64,000 nucleotides of DNA from Octopus sinensis (Eukaryota), in assembly GCF_006345805.1 (NCBI RefSeq), contig NC_043014.1, positions 42,160,001-42,224,000 on the forward strand. The letters are read 5' to 3'. A program made the position numbers and the translations under genes. Under the pieces are notes generated by a model. That model was not told the origin of the DNA and made no database searches. It was given only the letters and a program-made list of their open reading frames with translations. Below are positions 25,261-37,359 of the stretch, in pieces (the first letter of the stretch is position 1; every line of letters starts with the position of its first letter).

Positions 25261-25875
25261 GTGTATGTTTTATATATTGATATTTATATATATTATATAT
25301 ATTATATATATATATATATATATATTATATACGACAGGTTTCTTCAGTTTCCGTCTACCAAATCCACTCACAGGGCTTTGATTGGCCCGAGGCTATAGTA
25401 GAAGACACTGGCCCGAGGCTATAGTAGAAGACACTGGCCCAAGGTGCCATGCAGTGGCATTGAACCCAGAACCATGTGGTTGGGAAGTAAATATATATAT
25501 ATATATATCGACTAAAAACTTATCCAAAGCGGTGCCCCAGCATGACCGCATTCTAATGACTGAAACAAGTAAAAGAAGATATATACGTACACGCACTCAC
25601 ACACATGTACATATACATACATATTTATATATATATATATATATATTAATACATATGTGTATATATATATTTATACACGCAATGACAGACATACACACAC
25701 AGGCACACTTATTTATGATTTTGAATCCCATTCATGTGTCAGAACATATGCTTGTCTCACCACCACCAACACCACCACCGCCACCACCGCCACCACCACC
25801 ACCACCACCCAATCCATCACCACCATCGCCACCAGCCGCCTCACCTTTAGTCATTTCTCTATTGTCCTTTATATT

Positions 25876-25918
<43 letters not shown>

Positions 25919-26176
25919 CTGTCTCTTCATGCGGGTACACGCGGCAATGTGTATATACCTGAGCGTGCAACAAGCGCTCGATCGCGCGTGCCGGGCAAGT
26001 GCGTGTATAATTGTGTATGTAACTTCATTCCATCCTGTTTTTTCATAAACACCAGCATCTGTACCCGCCATTTACGCACCGGATGGGCAAATATATACAG
26101 GCACCTTGTAGCAGGTACATATTTTCTTCTTTAATAACAATAAACATTTTTTTTTCTGAAATAACAATAATGATGA

Positions 26177-26562
26177 GGCGCAGGAGTGGCTGTGTGGTAA
26201 GTAGCTTGCTAACCAACCACATAGTTCCGGGTTCAGTCCCACTGCGTGGCATCTTGGGCAAGTGTCTTCTGCTATAGCCCCGGGCCGACCAATGCCTTGT
26301 GAGTGGATTTGGTAGTCGTATATATGTATATGTATATAAGTGTGTGTGTATGTGTTTTGTCCCCCCTAGAATTGCTTGACAACCGATGCTGGTGTGCTTA
26401 CGTCCCCGTCACTTAGCGGTTCGGCAAAAGAGAACCGATAGAATAAGTACTGGGCTTACAAAGAATAAGTCCCGGGGTCGATTTGCTCGACTAAAGGCGG
26501 TGCTCCAGCATGGCCGCAGTCAAATGACTGAAACAAGTAAAAGAGTAAAAAGAGAGTAAAAA
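26177..26562 (+). mobile_element. SINE-A, full length (same subfamily as 9905-10320)
   Basis: Shared variants GCTAACCAACCAC, CTGCTATAGCCCCGGG, CCAATGCC, CGTCACTTAGC, TACTGGGCTTAC. Confidence 0.88.
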
Positions 26563-26589
26563 GATGATGATGATGGTGATGATGATAAT

Positions 26590-27170
26590 AATAATAATAA
26601 TAATAATAATAATTCTTTCTTTCGGAGGCATATTGGCCTCACATTTTGGCGAGTGGGGATTAGTCGATTACATCGACCCCAGTGTTTCACTGGTACTTAA
26701 TTAATCGACTCCCAAACGATGAAAGTCTAAGTCGGTCTCGGCGGAATTTGAACTCAGAACGTAGCGACGGGCGAAATACCTATTTCTTTACTACCCAGAA
26801 GGGGCTAAACATAGAAGGGACAAACAAGGACAGACAAACGGATTAAGTCGATTATATCTACCCCAGTGCGTAACTGGTACTTATTTAATCGACCCCGAAA
26901 GAATGAAAGGCAAAGTCGACCTCGACGGAATTTGAACTCACAACGTAACGGCAGACGAAATACCTATTTTTTTACTATCCACAAAGGGCTAAACACAGAA
27001 GGGACAAACAAGGACAGACAAACGGATTAAGTCGATTATATCTACCCCAGTGCGTAACTGGTAATTATTTAATCAACCCCGAATGGATGAAAGGCAAAGT
27101 CGACCTCGGTGGAATTTGAACTCAGAACGTAACGGCAGACGAAATACCACTAAGCATTTCGTCCAGCGTG
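26590..27170 (-). mobile_element. SINE-B array: head, two LINE-tailed units, terminal (ATT)n-tailed unit
   Basis: Junctions GAAATACC|TATTT at ~26778 and ~26964; (AAT)n at 26583-26612. Confidence 0.88.
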
Positions 27171-27179
27171 CAGTGTTAT

Positions 27180-27690
27180 CATGTACATTGTTTTTTTTGT
27201 CTTGCTATAAAAAATAGACGACAGCAAATATTCTGCTCCATACCACAGATTTGCTTGTCAGTTGCTTGACCGTAACCATTTGAATATGTCCCTTTGTGGC
27301 TGACGATATGTGCGTCTCTGATCACGAGCAGAAGTAGTGGGGGAGCATCATAGCCATGTGTTGAGAGGGATTCTTTGGGGTTTGAATAATTCACCTCTGG
27401 AAACATGGGTGGTTCTTTCAACATCCTTAAACAACCCTTATTCAGGGACCTTTTGAGCGGAATGGGCTACTCAACCTGAAGAAAATTCTAACTGGGCCCC
27501 ACCTGCAAGGTCATGTGCTGTTTATCTTGATATGAGATCACCATGTCGCGCACATATGGTTGTGATGTATGTGCCTGGTGTACCCTTATCAGACAGGTGG
27601 TCATGATGGGTATACTGGTCTTTGTATATTTTACCCCAGTGTCACTTTGATGGCATGCACTGCTCTCTCACTCAATAATAATAATAATAA
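27180..27690 (+). repeat. Probable LINE 3' UTR fragment ending in (AAT)n
   Basis: Non-coding stretch ending CACTCAATAATAATAAT; family not identified. Confidence 0.35.
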
Positions 27691-27808
27691 TGGTTTCAAA
27701 TTTTGCCACAAGGACAGCCATTTTGGGCGGGTGGATGAGTCAATTATATCGACCAAGTGTTCAACTGGTACCTATTTTATCGACTCCGAAAGGATGAAAG
27801 GCAAAGTG
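27674..27808 (-). mobile_element. SINE-B 3' half with (ATT)n tail, abutting the second Tx1 3' end
   Basis: Reverse complement ACTTTGCCTTTCATCCTTTCGGAGTCGAT...AAATTTGAAACCATT(ATT)n. Confidence 0.8.
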
Positions 27809-29050
27809 ATATTTTACCACAGGGGCATATGATGAGGATGACATTAAACTGTAAGGATACAATTTGGTGCTAGGGAGAACATAAAATAAGATGAGTGGGA
27901 AAAATAGGAATGGAATAAATGAAACGAAAAATATACATAACACACAATATATGTGAATATATGGACGACGCAGTTCTCCAGATACGGAAGGTATCCAGGG
28001 GTCAATTAAAGAACCCCACAGATCCAAGATCACCCGGACCAATCAGAGCATTATCTTCGGCCATTTTTGCCCCTAACCTATTTCTTTATTGCCTACAAGG
28101 GGCTAAACATAGAAGGGACAAACAAGGACAGACAAAGGGATTAAGTCGATTACATCGACCCCAGTGCGTAACTGGTACTTGGCGAGCTGGCAGAACCGTT
28201 AGCACGCCGGGCGAAATGCTTAGCGGTATTTTCATCTGCCGCTACATTCTGAGTTCAAATTCCGCCGAGGTCTACTTTGCCTTTCATCTTTTCGGGGTCG
28301 ATTAAATAAGTACCAGTTACGCACTGGGGTCGATATAATCGACTTAATCCGTTTGTCTGTCCTTGTTTATCCTCTCTGTCTTTAGCCCCTTGTGGGTAGT
28401 AAAGAAATAGGTACTTAATTTATCGACCCCGAAAGGATAAAAGGCAAAGTCTACCTCGGCGGAATTTGAACTCAGAACGTAGCGGCAGACGAAATACTGC
28501 TAAACATTTCGCCCGGCGTACTAACGTTTCTGCCAGCTCGCCGCCTTTTCACCACAGTCACACTCATTTGGAAAAAAATTCCCTGGAAGAGAACACTTCT
28601 CTCTCCATTCTCACTTCCCTTTCCAAGTAGAATTTGAAGAAGTCGATTAGAGTTTGATAGAAAAGGAAGACGTCTGCCCTCAATACTTTCAGCTTTGTCC
28701 ACCACATTCTGTTTCGTTGTAGCTATCAGAGAGAGTAAAACTGGCTGCTCAGTATTGTTAGGTTTTGGTTCAGTGGTGGGCTATCTTCCCGACCGAATCA
28801 GCTGCTGGTCGGATCCATCCCACATGTGACAACTGTTTCTACTTACACACATCGTCGTTCTGTGAGTGCGCTGGAGAATCTCGTTTAGCGGCGCTTCCGT
28901 GCCTGTAGAGGTTATCTCAACTAGAAGTGCCCCTTGATAGCACTACCAGGCCAGGGATTTCTGAAGTTATCCACAAGTAATCCATCAGAACAGACCAGCC
29001 AATTCGTCCTCGCCGAAGTCTAGAGTTTCCCCAAGGATGTCATCGATATT
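27809..29050 (-). pseudogene. Second, older Tx1-like LINE 3' fragment (ORF2 C-terminus + 3' UTR), interrupted by SINE-B at 28077-28546
   Basis: Manual translation with frameshifts: DDILGETLDFGEDELAGLF, DNF.KSLAW*CYQGAL, LYRHG, WTKLKVLR, IDFFKFYLEKEVRMERE. Aligns by eye with 18350-18930. Confidence 0.75.
28077..28546 (-). mobile_element. SINE-B containing a nested antisense SINE-B (28181-28409)
   Basis: The inserted + copy is flanked by a 7-bp duplication GGTACTT (28174-28180 and 28410-28416). Confidence 0.88.
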
Positions 29051-29090
29051 ACATACTTGCGCTCTATATATTGTAAAGTGGAACATCTAA

Positions 29091-29676
29091 GTGGGACAAA
29101 CAAGGACAGACAGATGGATTAAGTCGATTATATCGACCCCAGTGCGTAACTGGTACTTATTTAATCGACTCCGAAAGAATGAAAGGCAAAGTCGACCTCG
29201 GCGGAATTTGAACTCAGAACGTTACGGTAGACGAAATACCTCTAAGCATTTCGCCCGGCACGCTAACATTTCTTGTTTCTTTACTGCACACAGAGGGGGC
29301 AAACAAGAACAGACAGACGGATTAAGTCGATTACATAGACCCCAGTGCGTAACTGGTACTTATTTAATCAACTCCGAAAGAATGAAAGGCAAAGTCGACC
29401 TCGGTGGAATTTGAACTCAGAACATAGCGGCAGACGAAATACCTATTTTTTTACTGCCCACAAGGGGCTAAAGACAGAGAGGACAAACAAGGACAGATAA
29501 ACGGATTAAGTCGATTACATCAACCCCCAGTGCGTAACTGGTACTTAATCTATCCACCCCGAAAGGATGAAAGGCAAAGTCGACCTCAGAGGAATTTGAA
29601 CTCAGAACGTAACGGCAGACGAAATACGGCTACGCATTTCGCCCGGCCTGCTAACGATTCTCCCAGCTCGCCGTCC
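29091..29676 (-). mobile_element. SINE-B array with two junction types
   Basis: tail|GGTATTTCG at ~29440 and tail|AGAAATGTTAGC at ~29270; head at ~29630-29676. Confidence 0.85.
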
Positions 29677-30745
29677 GTTTTGTTTTAGCTTTATTGCTTC
29701 TTCTCGTTATGTGGTCTTAATTGTTTTTCATACTAAACTCTTCATACTGGCACGGAGGGCGAAAGTTATAACCATTTAAATTCTTGCAACTGAGGTTATT
29801 TATCCCTTTAGCATTCAAACTGGTCATGCCTGGCCCAAATATTCTACCTGTTTTTTGTTGTTTTTTATATTCAAACGGACCTGATCCGATCTCTTACACC
29901 TACCCAACAATGTTATTCTAAAACAAAAATAAGTTATATCATCGAAATCTTTATGCTACAACATAATGTATGATTAATTCAAAACAAGGTGAATAAATAA
30001 GCATTACATTTGACGATGTAATCTGACTGCTAAAGGGTTGAGATTTTTAAAGAATTAAGCTTCAAGTCGATCGAGTGGGCCACTCCTTCTCAATTTTTTA
30101 CGACCGATATCAAACAATTGAAAATACATATTACGTAAAAATTTATTTCCTTGTTTTTTGTTTTTTTTTTGTTTGTTTTGTTTTAATAGAAATTTCGATC
30201 TTATAAATGTTCAAAGGTTATTTCACTCGGTCGTTGGCGATTCGAACTCAGCACTTAGCGGTATGCAGTTACATACCGATTCTGCCACTCCACACACCCT
30301 TACATAAATAAATAAATAAATAAATTCTAGCATTGACATAAGGTCAGTAGCGTAATAGGGTGGTAAGTGGTAATGGGGGCGGCCCACCCCAGACAGAGTT
30401 TTTATGGTGGGGTGAGGTAGGGCGAGCACTTTTGGGGCTCTGTAGGGAGAATAGCGTGGCAGGGACTGCAAACTGAAGGGCTGCTCCGGACGGCACATAC
30501 CCTAGGCCACAGAGTTTGCAAAAGGTCATACCCGATTACATGGACTCCAATAACCTGTGGGGGTTATTGGAGTCCTTGTTATCAACCACGGTACTTAAGG
30601 AGTGGGGTAACTTATCTTATCAGTCGCCCTATGTCCTATTGTGACGGCTGTTGTTCTTGTTTGTAATTGCTTAGCACTAGATCAGGTTTCATTGAAAAGA
30701 CGTAACGACAAAAAGGCTTTGTACTGTGTATATAAGATAGCTTGT

Positions 30746-31097
30746 GGAGGCGCAATGGCCCAGTGGTTAGGGCAGTGGACTCGCGGTCGTAGGATCGCGG
30801 TTTCGATTCCCAGACCGGGCGTTGTGAGTGTTTATTGAGCGAAAACACCTAAAAAGCTCCACGAGGCTCCGGCAGGGGATGGTGGTGATCCCTGCTGTAC
30901 TCTTTCACCACAACTTTCTCTCACTCTTACTTCCTGTTTCTGTTGTACCTTGTATTTCAAAGGGCCGGCCTTGTCACTCTCTGTGTCACGCTGAATATCC
31001 CCGAGAACTACGTTAAGGGTACACGTGTCTGTGGAGTGCTGTTCCGTTGATCGGATCAACCGGAACCCTCGTCGTCGTAACCGACGGAGTGCTTCCA
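30746..31097 (+). mobile_element. SINE-C (tail variant 1), full length
   Basis: A box GGCCCAGTGGTTAG, B box GGTTTCGATTCC; tail GGATCAACCGGAACCCTCGTCGTCGTAACCGACGGAGTGC. Confidence 0.85.
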
Positions 31098-31284
31098 TAC
31101 GATAGCTAAGGGTGTTCGGTTTGCGATGGTTTGGACATGGGTTTGCTTCCATAGCTGTATCGCTTAGTAAAACTTCTCTTTAGTGTTGCTTCGGTACTCT
31201 TACACTCATTCGAAAAATGAATACTAAGAGCCCCTGGGATTAACCATGCTGCTGAGGAATATACCATTCAGCCTAAACGACAGT

Positions 31285-31468
31285 ATTTCGTCTGCAACTA
31301 CGTTCTGAGTTCAAATTCCGCCGAGGTCTACTTTGCCTTTTATCCTTTCATGGTCGATAAATTAGGTACCAGTTACGCACTGGGGTCGATGTAATCGACT
31401 TAATCCGTTTGTCTGTCCTTGTTTGTCCTCTCTGTGTTTAGCCCCTTGTGGGTAGTAAAGAAATAGGT
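31285..31468 (+). mobile_element. SINE-B headless unit
   Basis: Starts AGTATTTCGTCTGC, ends GTAGTAAAGAAATAGG. Confidence 0.85.
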
Positions 31469-31594
31469 TAAACTTCGGCCTCAAGAGTCTGTAAGTGCAG
31501 ACAGATATAGTTATAATCTTCCGTCTTTAAGACACGGTGTATCAATGACTACGTAAGCCAATGTGCTCTTTCATTTATCTTAAAAACACTGTGG

Positions 31595-31694
31595 NNNNNN
31601 NNNNNNNNNNNNNNNNNNNNNNNNNNNNNNNNNNNNNNNNNNNNNNNNNNNNNNNNNNNNNNNNNNNNNNNNNNNNNNNNNNNNNNNNNNNNNN
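31595..31694. other. Assembly gap (~100 N)
   Basis: Run of N; contiguity across it is not guaranteed. Confidence 0.98.
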
Positions 31695-33425
31695 GTCGAG
31701 CAAATCGATCCAGGACTTATTCTTTGTAAGCCTAGTACTTATTCTATTGGTCTCTTTTACTGAACCGCTAAGTTACGGGAACATAAACACACCACCACCT
31801 GGGAGACAAACATATACACACACATACATATATATGTATATATATATGCATATAAAGATGGGCTTCTTTCAGTTTCCATCTACCAAATCCACTCACAAGG
31901 CTTTGGTCGGCCTGAGGCTATAGTAGAAGACACTTGCCCAAGGTGACATGCAGTGCGACTGAACCCGGAACCATGTGGCTGATAAACAAGCTACTTACCA
32001 TACCACCACTCCTATGTATAGTTTATATTCTTATAAAAGAAGAAAAAGAAAAAGGAGATTAGGAAGTTAATTATTATTTATTATTAACAGCAAATTAATC
32101 ATCAGCCCTTACAGCTGTTTCGATTGATACTCAATAAATATTAATTAGATATTAAATTTATATAACCTGAGCATAATATCTTCAGAGTGGCACCTTGGGC
32201 AAGTGTCTTCTACTATAGCCTCAGACCAACCAAAGCCTTGTGAGTGGATTTGGTAGACCGAAACTGAAAGAAGCCCGTTGTATATATGTATATATATATA
32301 TATATATGCGTGTGTGTGTTTGCCCCCCTAGCATTGCTTGACAACCGATGCTGGTGTATTTATGTCCCCGTTACTTAGTGGTTCAGCAAAAGAGAACCAA
32401 TAGAATAAGTACTAGGCTTACAAAGAATAAGTCCCGGGGTCGAGTTGCTCGATTAAAGGCAGTGCTCCAGCATGGCCACAGTCAAATGACTGAAACAAGT
32501 AAGAGAGAAAGAGAAAGAGAAAGAGAGGGGAAAATATATGGATGTTTTATATATGGTCATGGATTCATTATAGTAGACTGAACGAATAGATTTGTTCTGT
32601 TTTGGTTCATAAGAAATATAAGGAAGAGGAGAAGAAGAGGTAAAGAAGGCGCATGGCTCAGTGGTTTGAGTGTCAGGCTCACAATCATGGGGTAGTGAGT
32701 TCCATTCCTGGATCAGGCTGTGTGTTGTGTTCTTGAGCAAGACACTTCATTTCATGTTGCTCCATTTCACTCATCTGTAGAAATGAGTCATGACTTTACT
32801 GGTGCCAAGCTGTATCAGCCTTTGCCTTTCCCTTGGGTAACATCGTTGGCATGGGGAAGTTGTTTGTGGGGACAAACACACACACATGTATATATACATA
32901 TATACGACGGGCTTCTTTCAGTTTCTGTCTACCAAATCCACTTACAAGGCTTTGGTCAGTCTGAGGCTATAGTAGAAGACACTTGCCCAAGGTGGTATGC
33001 AATGGGACTGAACCTGGAACCATGTGCTTCATAAGCAAGCTACTTACCACACAGCTACTCCTAGGCCTACATTATATATATATACATATACTGCATGGCA
33101 TCTTGGGCAAGTGTCTTCTACTATAGCCTCGGGCTGACCAAAGCCTTGAGAGTGGAATTGGTAGACGGAAACTGAAAGAAGCCTGTTATATATATGTATA
33201 TATATGTGTATGTGTGTGTGTCTGTGTTTGTCCCCCTAGCATTGTTTGACAACCGATGCTGGTGTGTTTATGTCCTCCGTAACTTAGCGGTTCGGCAAAA
33301 GAGACCGATAGAATAAGTACTAGGCATACAAAGAATAAGTCCCGGGGTCGATTTGCTCGACTAAAGGCGGTGCTCCAGCATGGCCGCAGTCAAATGACTG
33401 AAACAATTAAAAGAGTAAAAGATAT
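31695..33425. mobile_element. Cluster of four SINE-A copies and one SINE-D (32645-32860)
   Basis: SINE-A minus 31695-32015 and 32870-33065; SINE-A plus 32190-32520 and 33095-33420. Confidence 0.8.
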
Positions 33426-33801
33426 ATATATATATATACACAAACACATACACACAAAGGTCCTTCTTCATTTTCCTTCAAGTTATTAAAGAATATATGT
33501 TAAAAGTATGTTTTAAAAAACCTGTTCAATTTCTGATTATGACATTTCCCTCAACTTTCGTCTTATTACTGCAGTCATTTCCAGTGAAATACATGCCTAG
33601 ACAGGCAAGGCAGGTATTTAAAATATAAACTAATGTTTCACAGTGAACAGAACACTTGAGAAGTTTTAGCGATAAGAGGTGATATGATAGGAGGAGATTG
33701 TAAGTTATAAAGATAACTGAATTTAATCTTGATAGTTATTTTTATGTTTATCTGTCTAGAAAACATAGCAACTTCTACATCCATAGTTTATAAATATATG
33801 C

Positions 33802-33849
<48 letters not shown>

Positions 33850-33904
33850 GTGTGTATATATATATATGTGTGTGTGTACATATATATATATCACCGGGAT
33901 TACC

Positions 33905-34082
33905 AGGACCAACTAGGCTATCTGATGTTGCTACACATCGCTGGTCACGATGCGCTTCGCATTGTTTTAGCCTTCAAATGATGCCACCCCACTGGATAAG
34001 TGAGCTGGCCAACAGAAGAAAGAGTGACCAGCGATGTGTGGCAACATCTGATAGCCTGGTTGGTCACATGATCACGTGATAT
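33905..34082. mobile_element. SINE-C variant-3 tail in inverted (fold-back) configuration
   Basis: Minus-strand tail 33905-34027 joined to a plus-strand copy of the terminal ~50 nt. Confidence 0.7.
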
Positions 34083-34095
34083 ATATATATATATA

Positions 34096-34325
34096 AGGTG
34101 GCGAGCTGGCAGAAACGTTAGCATGCCGGGCGAAATGCTTAGCTGTATTTCGTCTGCTGCTACGTTCTGAGTTCAAATTCTGCCGAGGTCGACTTTACCT
34201 TTCATCCTTTCGGGGTCGATAAATAAAGTACCAGTTACGCACTGGGATCGATGTAATCGACTTAATCTGTTTGTCTGTCCTTGTTTGTCCCCTCTATGTT
34301 TAGCCCCTTGTGGGCAGTAAAGAAT
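34096..34325 (+). mobile_element. SINE-B monomer, LINE-type tail
   Basis: Full head-to-tail match to 21052-21287. Confidence 0.88.
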
Positions 34326-34334
34326 ATATATATG

Positions 34335-34371
<37 letters not shown>

Positions 34372-35019
34372 GTATTCTTATAAATATTTAGCAGTAGCAA
34401 CAGAGTAACTCAAGGACCAATATATATGTATGTCAGAGAATCCTACTTTCAAAGACATTAGAATTTTGTACTTCTTTGACATTATTAAAAGTCTCAAAAC
34501 TTCTGGAATGCACCAAGCATTGCCCATAACAGACTGTCTCCACTACCCCACCTCTAAAAAAGCTGCTGACTCACCACCACCACCACTGAATAAACATGTA
34601 TGTTTGATGTTTATGGCTAGTAAAAAAAATATTTCAGAATTTAAATCTTTATTTTAACGGTGATCTTGATCTTCTGACGAGGCTTTGTTTCTTTTCAATG
34701 CCGAGAAAGAGAAAAGGTGGAAGGCAAGAGAGGTTGAGGAAATTTCAAAATTTCAGGTCAGTGCCACACAGAAATGTCAGAAAGACTAAGGTCATGGACG
34801 GGGGGGGGGAATTGGAGGTAGGGGACGGGGTCAAAGATTTAGGTGTACTGGGAGAGTAGGAATGATCACAGGTAGTTTGATTAGTCTAGGCCTGACCTCG
34901 CTTACGTCACTTACAGGAATGCCATGTAATATGAAACTCTGAGAAAATATAATAAAAAAAAAAATAAACATATTCTTTAATTCAATTGGTTTTGTTGCAT
35001 TATACTCTTTCCTCTTTTA

Positions 35020-35500
35020 CTCTTTTACTTCTTTCAGTCATTTGACTGTGGCCATGCTGGAGCACCGCCTTTAGTCAAGCACATCAACCCCCAGGACTTA
35101 TTCTTTGTAAGCCTAGTACTTATTCTATCGGTTTCTTTAGCCGAACCGCTAAGTTACAGGGGACGTAAGCACACCAGCATCGGTTGTCAAGCAATGCTAG
35201 GGGGACAAACACAGACACACAAACCTATACACACACACATACATATATACATATACATTTATACAACGGGTTTCTTTCAGTTTCTGTCTACCAAATCCAC
35301 TCACAAGGCTTTGTTCTTATTCGGCCTGAGGTTATAGCAGAGAGACACTTGCCCAAGGTGCCACGCAGTGGGACTGAACCTGGAACCATGTACTAGGCTT
35401 ACAGAGAATAAGTCCTGGGGTCGATTTGCTCGACTAAAGGCAGTGCTCCAGCATGGCCGCAGTAAAATGACTGAAACAAGTAAAAGAGTAAAAGAGTAAG
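35020..35500. mobile_element. SINE-A (minus) fused to a plus-strand SINE-A tail
   Basis: Orientation switches at GGAACCATG|TACTAGGCTTAC (~35390). Confidence 0.75.
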
Positions 35501-35640
35501 CGTTTTGCCTGGCATGCGAACAATTCTGCCAGCTCACTCTTTTTATCAACCCCACAAAAGGATGAATGGCAAAGTCAGCCTTGCAGAATTTGAACTCAGA
35601 ATGTAAAGATGGACAGAATGCCGCTATGGATTTTCCCCAA

Positions 35641-35995
35641 CATCATCATCATCATCATCATCATCGTTTAATGTCCGTTTTCCGCTGCTAGCACGGGTTG
35701 GACGGTTTGACCGGGGTCTGAGAAGCCAGGGGCTGCACCAGGCTCCAGTCTGATCTGGCAGTGTTTCTAGAGCTGGATGCCCTTCCTAACGCCAACCACT
35801 CCGCGAGTGTTGTGGGTGCTTTTTACATGCCATCGGCACAGGTGCCAGGGGAGTCTGGCATCGGCCACGATCAGTTGGTGCTTTTAACATGCCATCGGCA
35901 TGGAAGCCAGTCAAGGCGGCGCTGGCATCGGCCGCATTCGGTTGGTGCTTTTTATGTGTCACTGGCACAGAAGCCAGTCGAGGCGGCTCTGGCAA
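35641..35995 (-). mobile_element. RTE-like LINE 3'-end-derived element with internal tandem units
   Basis: Tail GGACGTTAAACGATGATGATG on the minus strand; AGGAAGGGCATCCAGC motif; homologs at 40105-40400, 42812-43075, 51184-51660, 63305-63436. Confidence 0.7.
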
Positions 35996-36597
35996 CGTGT
36001 TAACAATTCTACCAGTTCGCCACCTTATACCTCTTATGTGTAATGCTTTGGTAGGATTCGAGGAAGATTTCACTGGCATTGTTTCTACCAGGTCGAACAA
36101 CCATGTAGAGGTTCCTTGGGGAACAGTGAAAGTTCAATTTGATTGCAGATTAAATCTTATCAAATTTATCAAATGCTGGAAAACATTTCATGGCAACCCA
36201 AACTGTAATAACCATTATGACATTTCAACTGACAATAATAATGTTAATAACAGTTTCTTTCATTGATTGATGGTTTATTAATTTGAAGGTAAGTAGTGCA
36301 AAAGGTGAGGAGGGGGTGAGAGGTAGAGTTGACCAGATTGACCCCTGGTGCTGGTACCTATCTTATCGACCTTGCAGGGACAAATGACAAAAGTCAACCC
36401 CAGCGGGATTTGAAGGGAGAATTAGGAGAAAGGGCACTTAATATTGGTAGAGACAGTCTGGTATTTTATCAATGTCTGTTACTTCACAATTTAATTATGA
36501 CAATATAGGGAAAAGTTAATAACTTGGTTGGGGTGTGCCTTGTAAACTGGAAGAGGCAGTAAAGGTCAAAAGCAAATCACACATGCACGTGCATGGG

Positions 36598-36623
36598 CAT
36601 ACACACACACACGCGTGCGCGCA

Positions 36624-36656
<33 letters not shown>

Positions 36657-36806
36657 CACCACACCACACACACACACACACACACACACCACACACACAC
36701 AACACACACACACACACAGCACACACACACACACATACACACACACAACACACACCACACACGCACACACACACACACCACACACCACAAACCAACACAC
36801 AACACA

Positions 36807-36843
<37 letters not shown>

Positions 36844-36871
36844 GCACACACACACACACACACACACGCAC

Positions 36872-36928
<57 letters not shown>
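36598..36928. repeat. Cryptic (CA)n tract
   Basis: About 330 bp of interrupted CA. Confidence 0.95.
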
Positions 36929-36930
<2 letters not shown>

Positions 36931-37359
36931 CGAGACAACCAGTTGCTCAATCAGTTAGAAATATATACATACATATATACATACATACATATAAAGGCAG
37001 TGAGCTGGCAGAAGCGTTAGCATGCCGGCCAAAATGCTTCGTGGCATTTTGTTGGCCTTTAATGTTGAGTTCAAATTCTACTGAGGTTCGACTTTGCCTT
37101 TTATCCTTTCAGGGTCGATGAAATAAGTACCAGTTATGCACTGGGGTTGATGTAACCGACTTAACCCCACCCTTGAAATTGCTGGCCTTGTGTCATAATT
37201 TGAAACCAATATATATACATACATATATACATAGGTATAACATACACATTAATGTATATATATGTATAGGTATTTGTATATATATATATATATATAATAT
37301 ATATATATATAACTATATATATTATATAATATATATATATATATATATCTATATATATA

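Noticed and set aside
23022-25398. Many long ORFs (YLSI, YIHT, CVCV repeats)
   Set aside because: Stop-free frames of (GATA)n, (TATG)n and (TG)n microsatellites; the same applies at 8.3-9.4, 36.5-37.1, 41.9-42.3 and 61.8-62.2 kb.
30746-30820. tRNA gene
   Set aside because: It has A and B boxes but runs into a SINE body and lacks a complete cloverleaf with acceptor stem. The same applies to all SINE heads here.
34698-34756. Candidate first coding exon MPRKRKGGRQERLRKFQNF with CAG|GTCAGT donor
   Set aside because: It ends in phase 2 whereas exon 40891 needs phase 1. The only bridging exon I found (~36160-36215) has a weak donor. Unsupported without RNA data.
35889-36290. 125-aa ORF and strong GAAG|GTAAGT donor at ~36287
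   Set aside because: The ORF starts in an RTE-like repeat and crosses an antisense SINE-B head. All three frames stop before the donor; at most a UTR exon.
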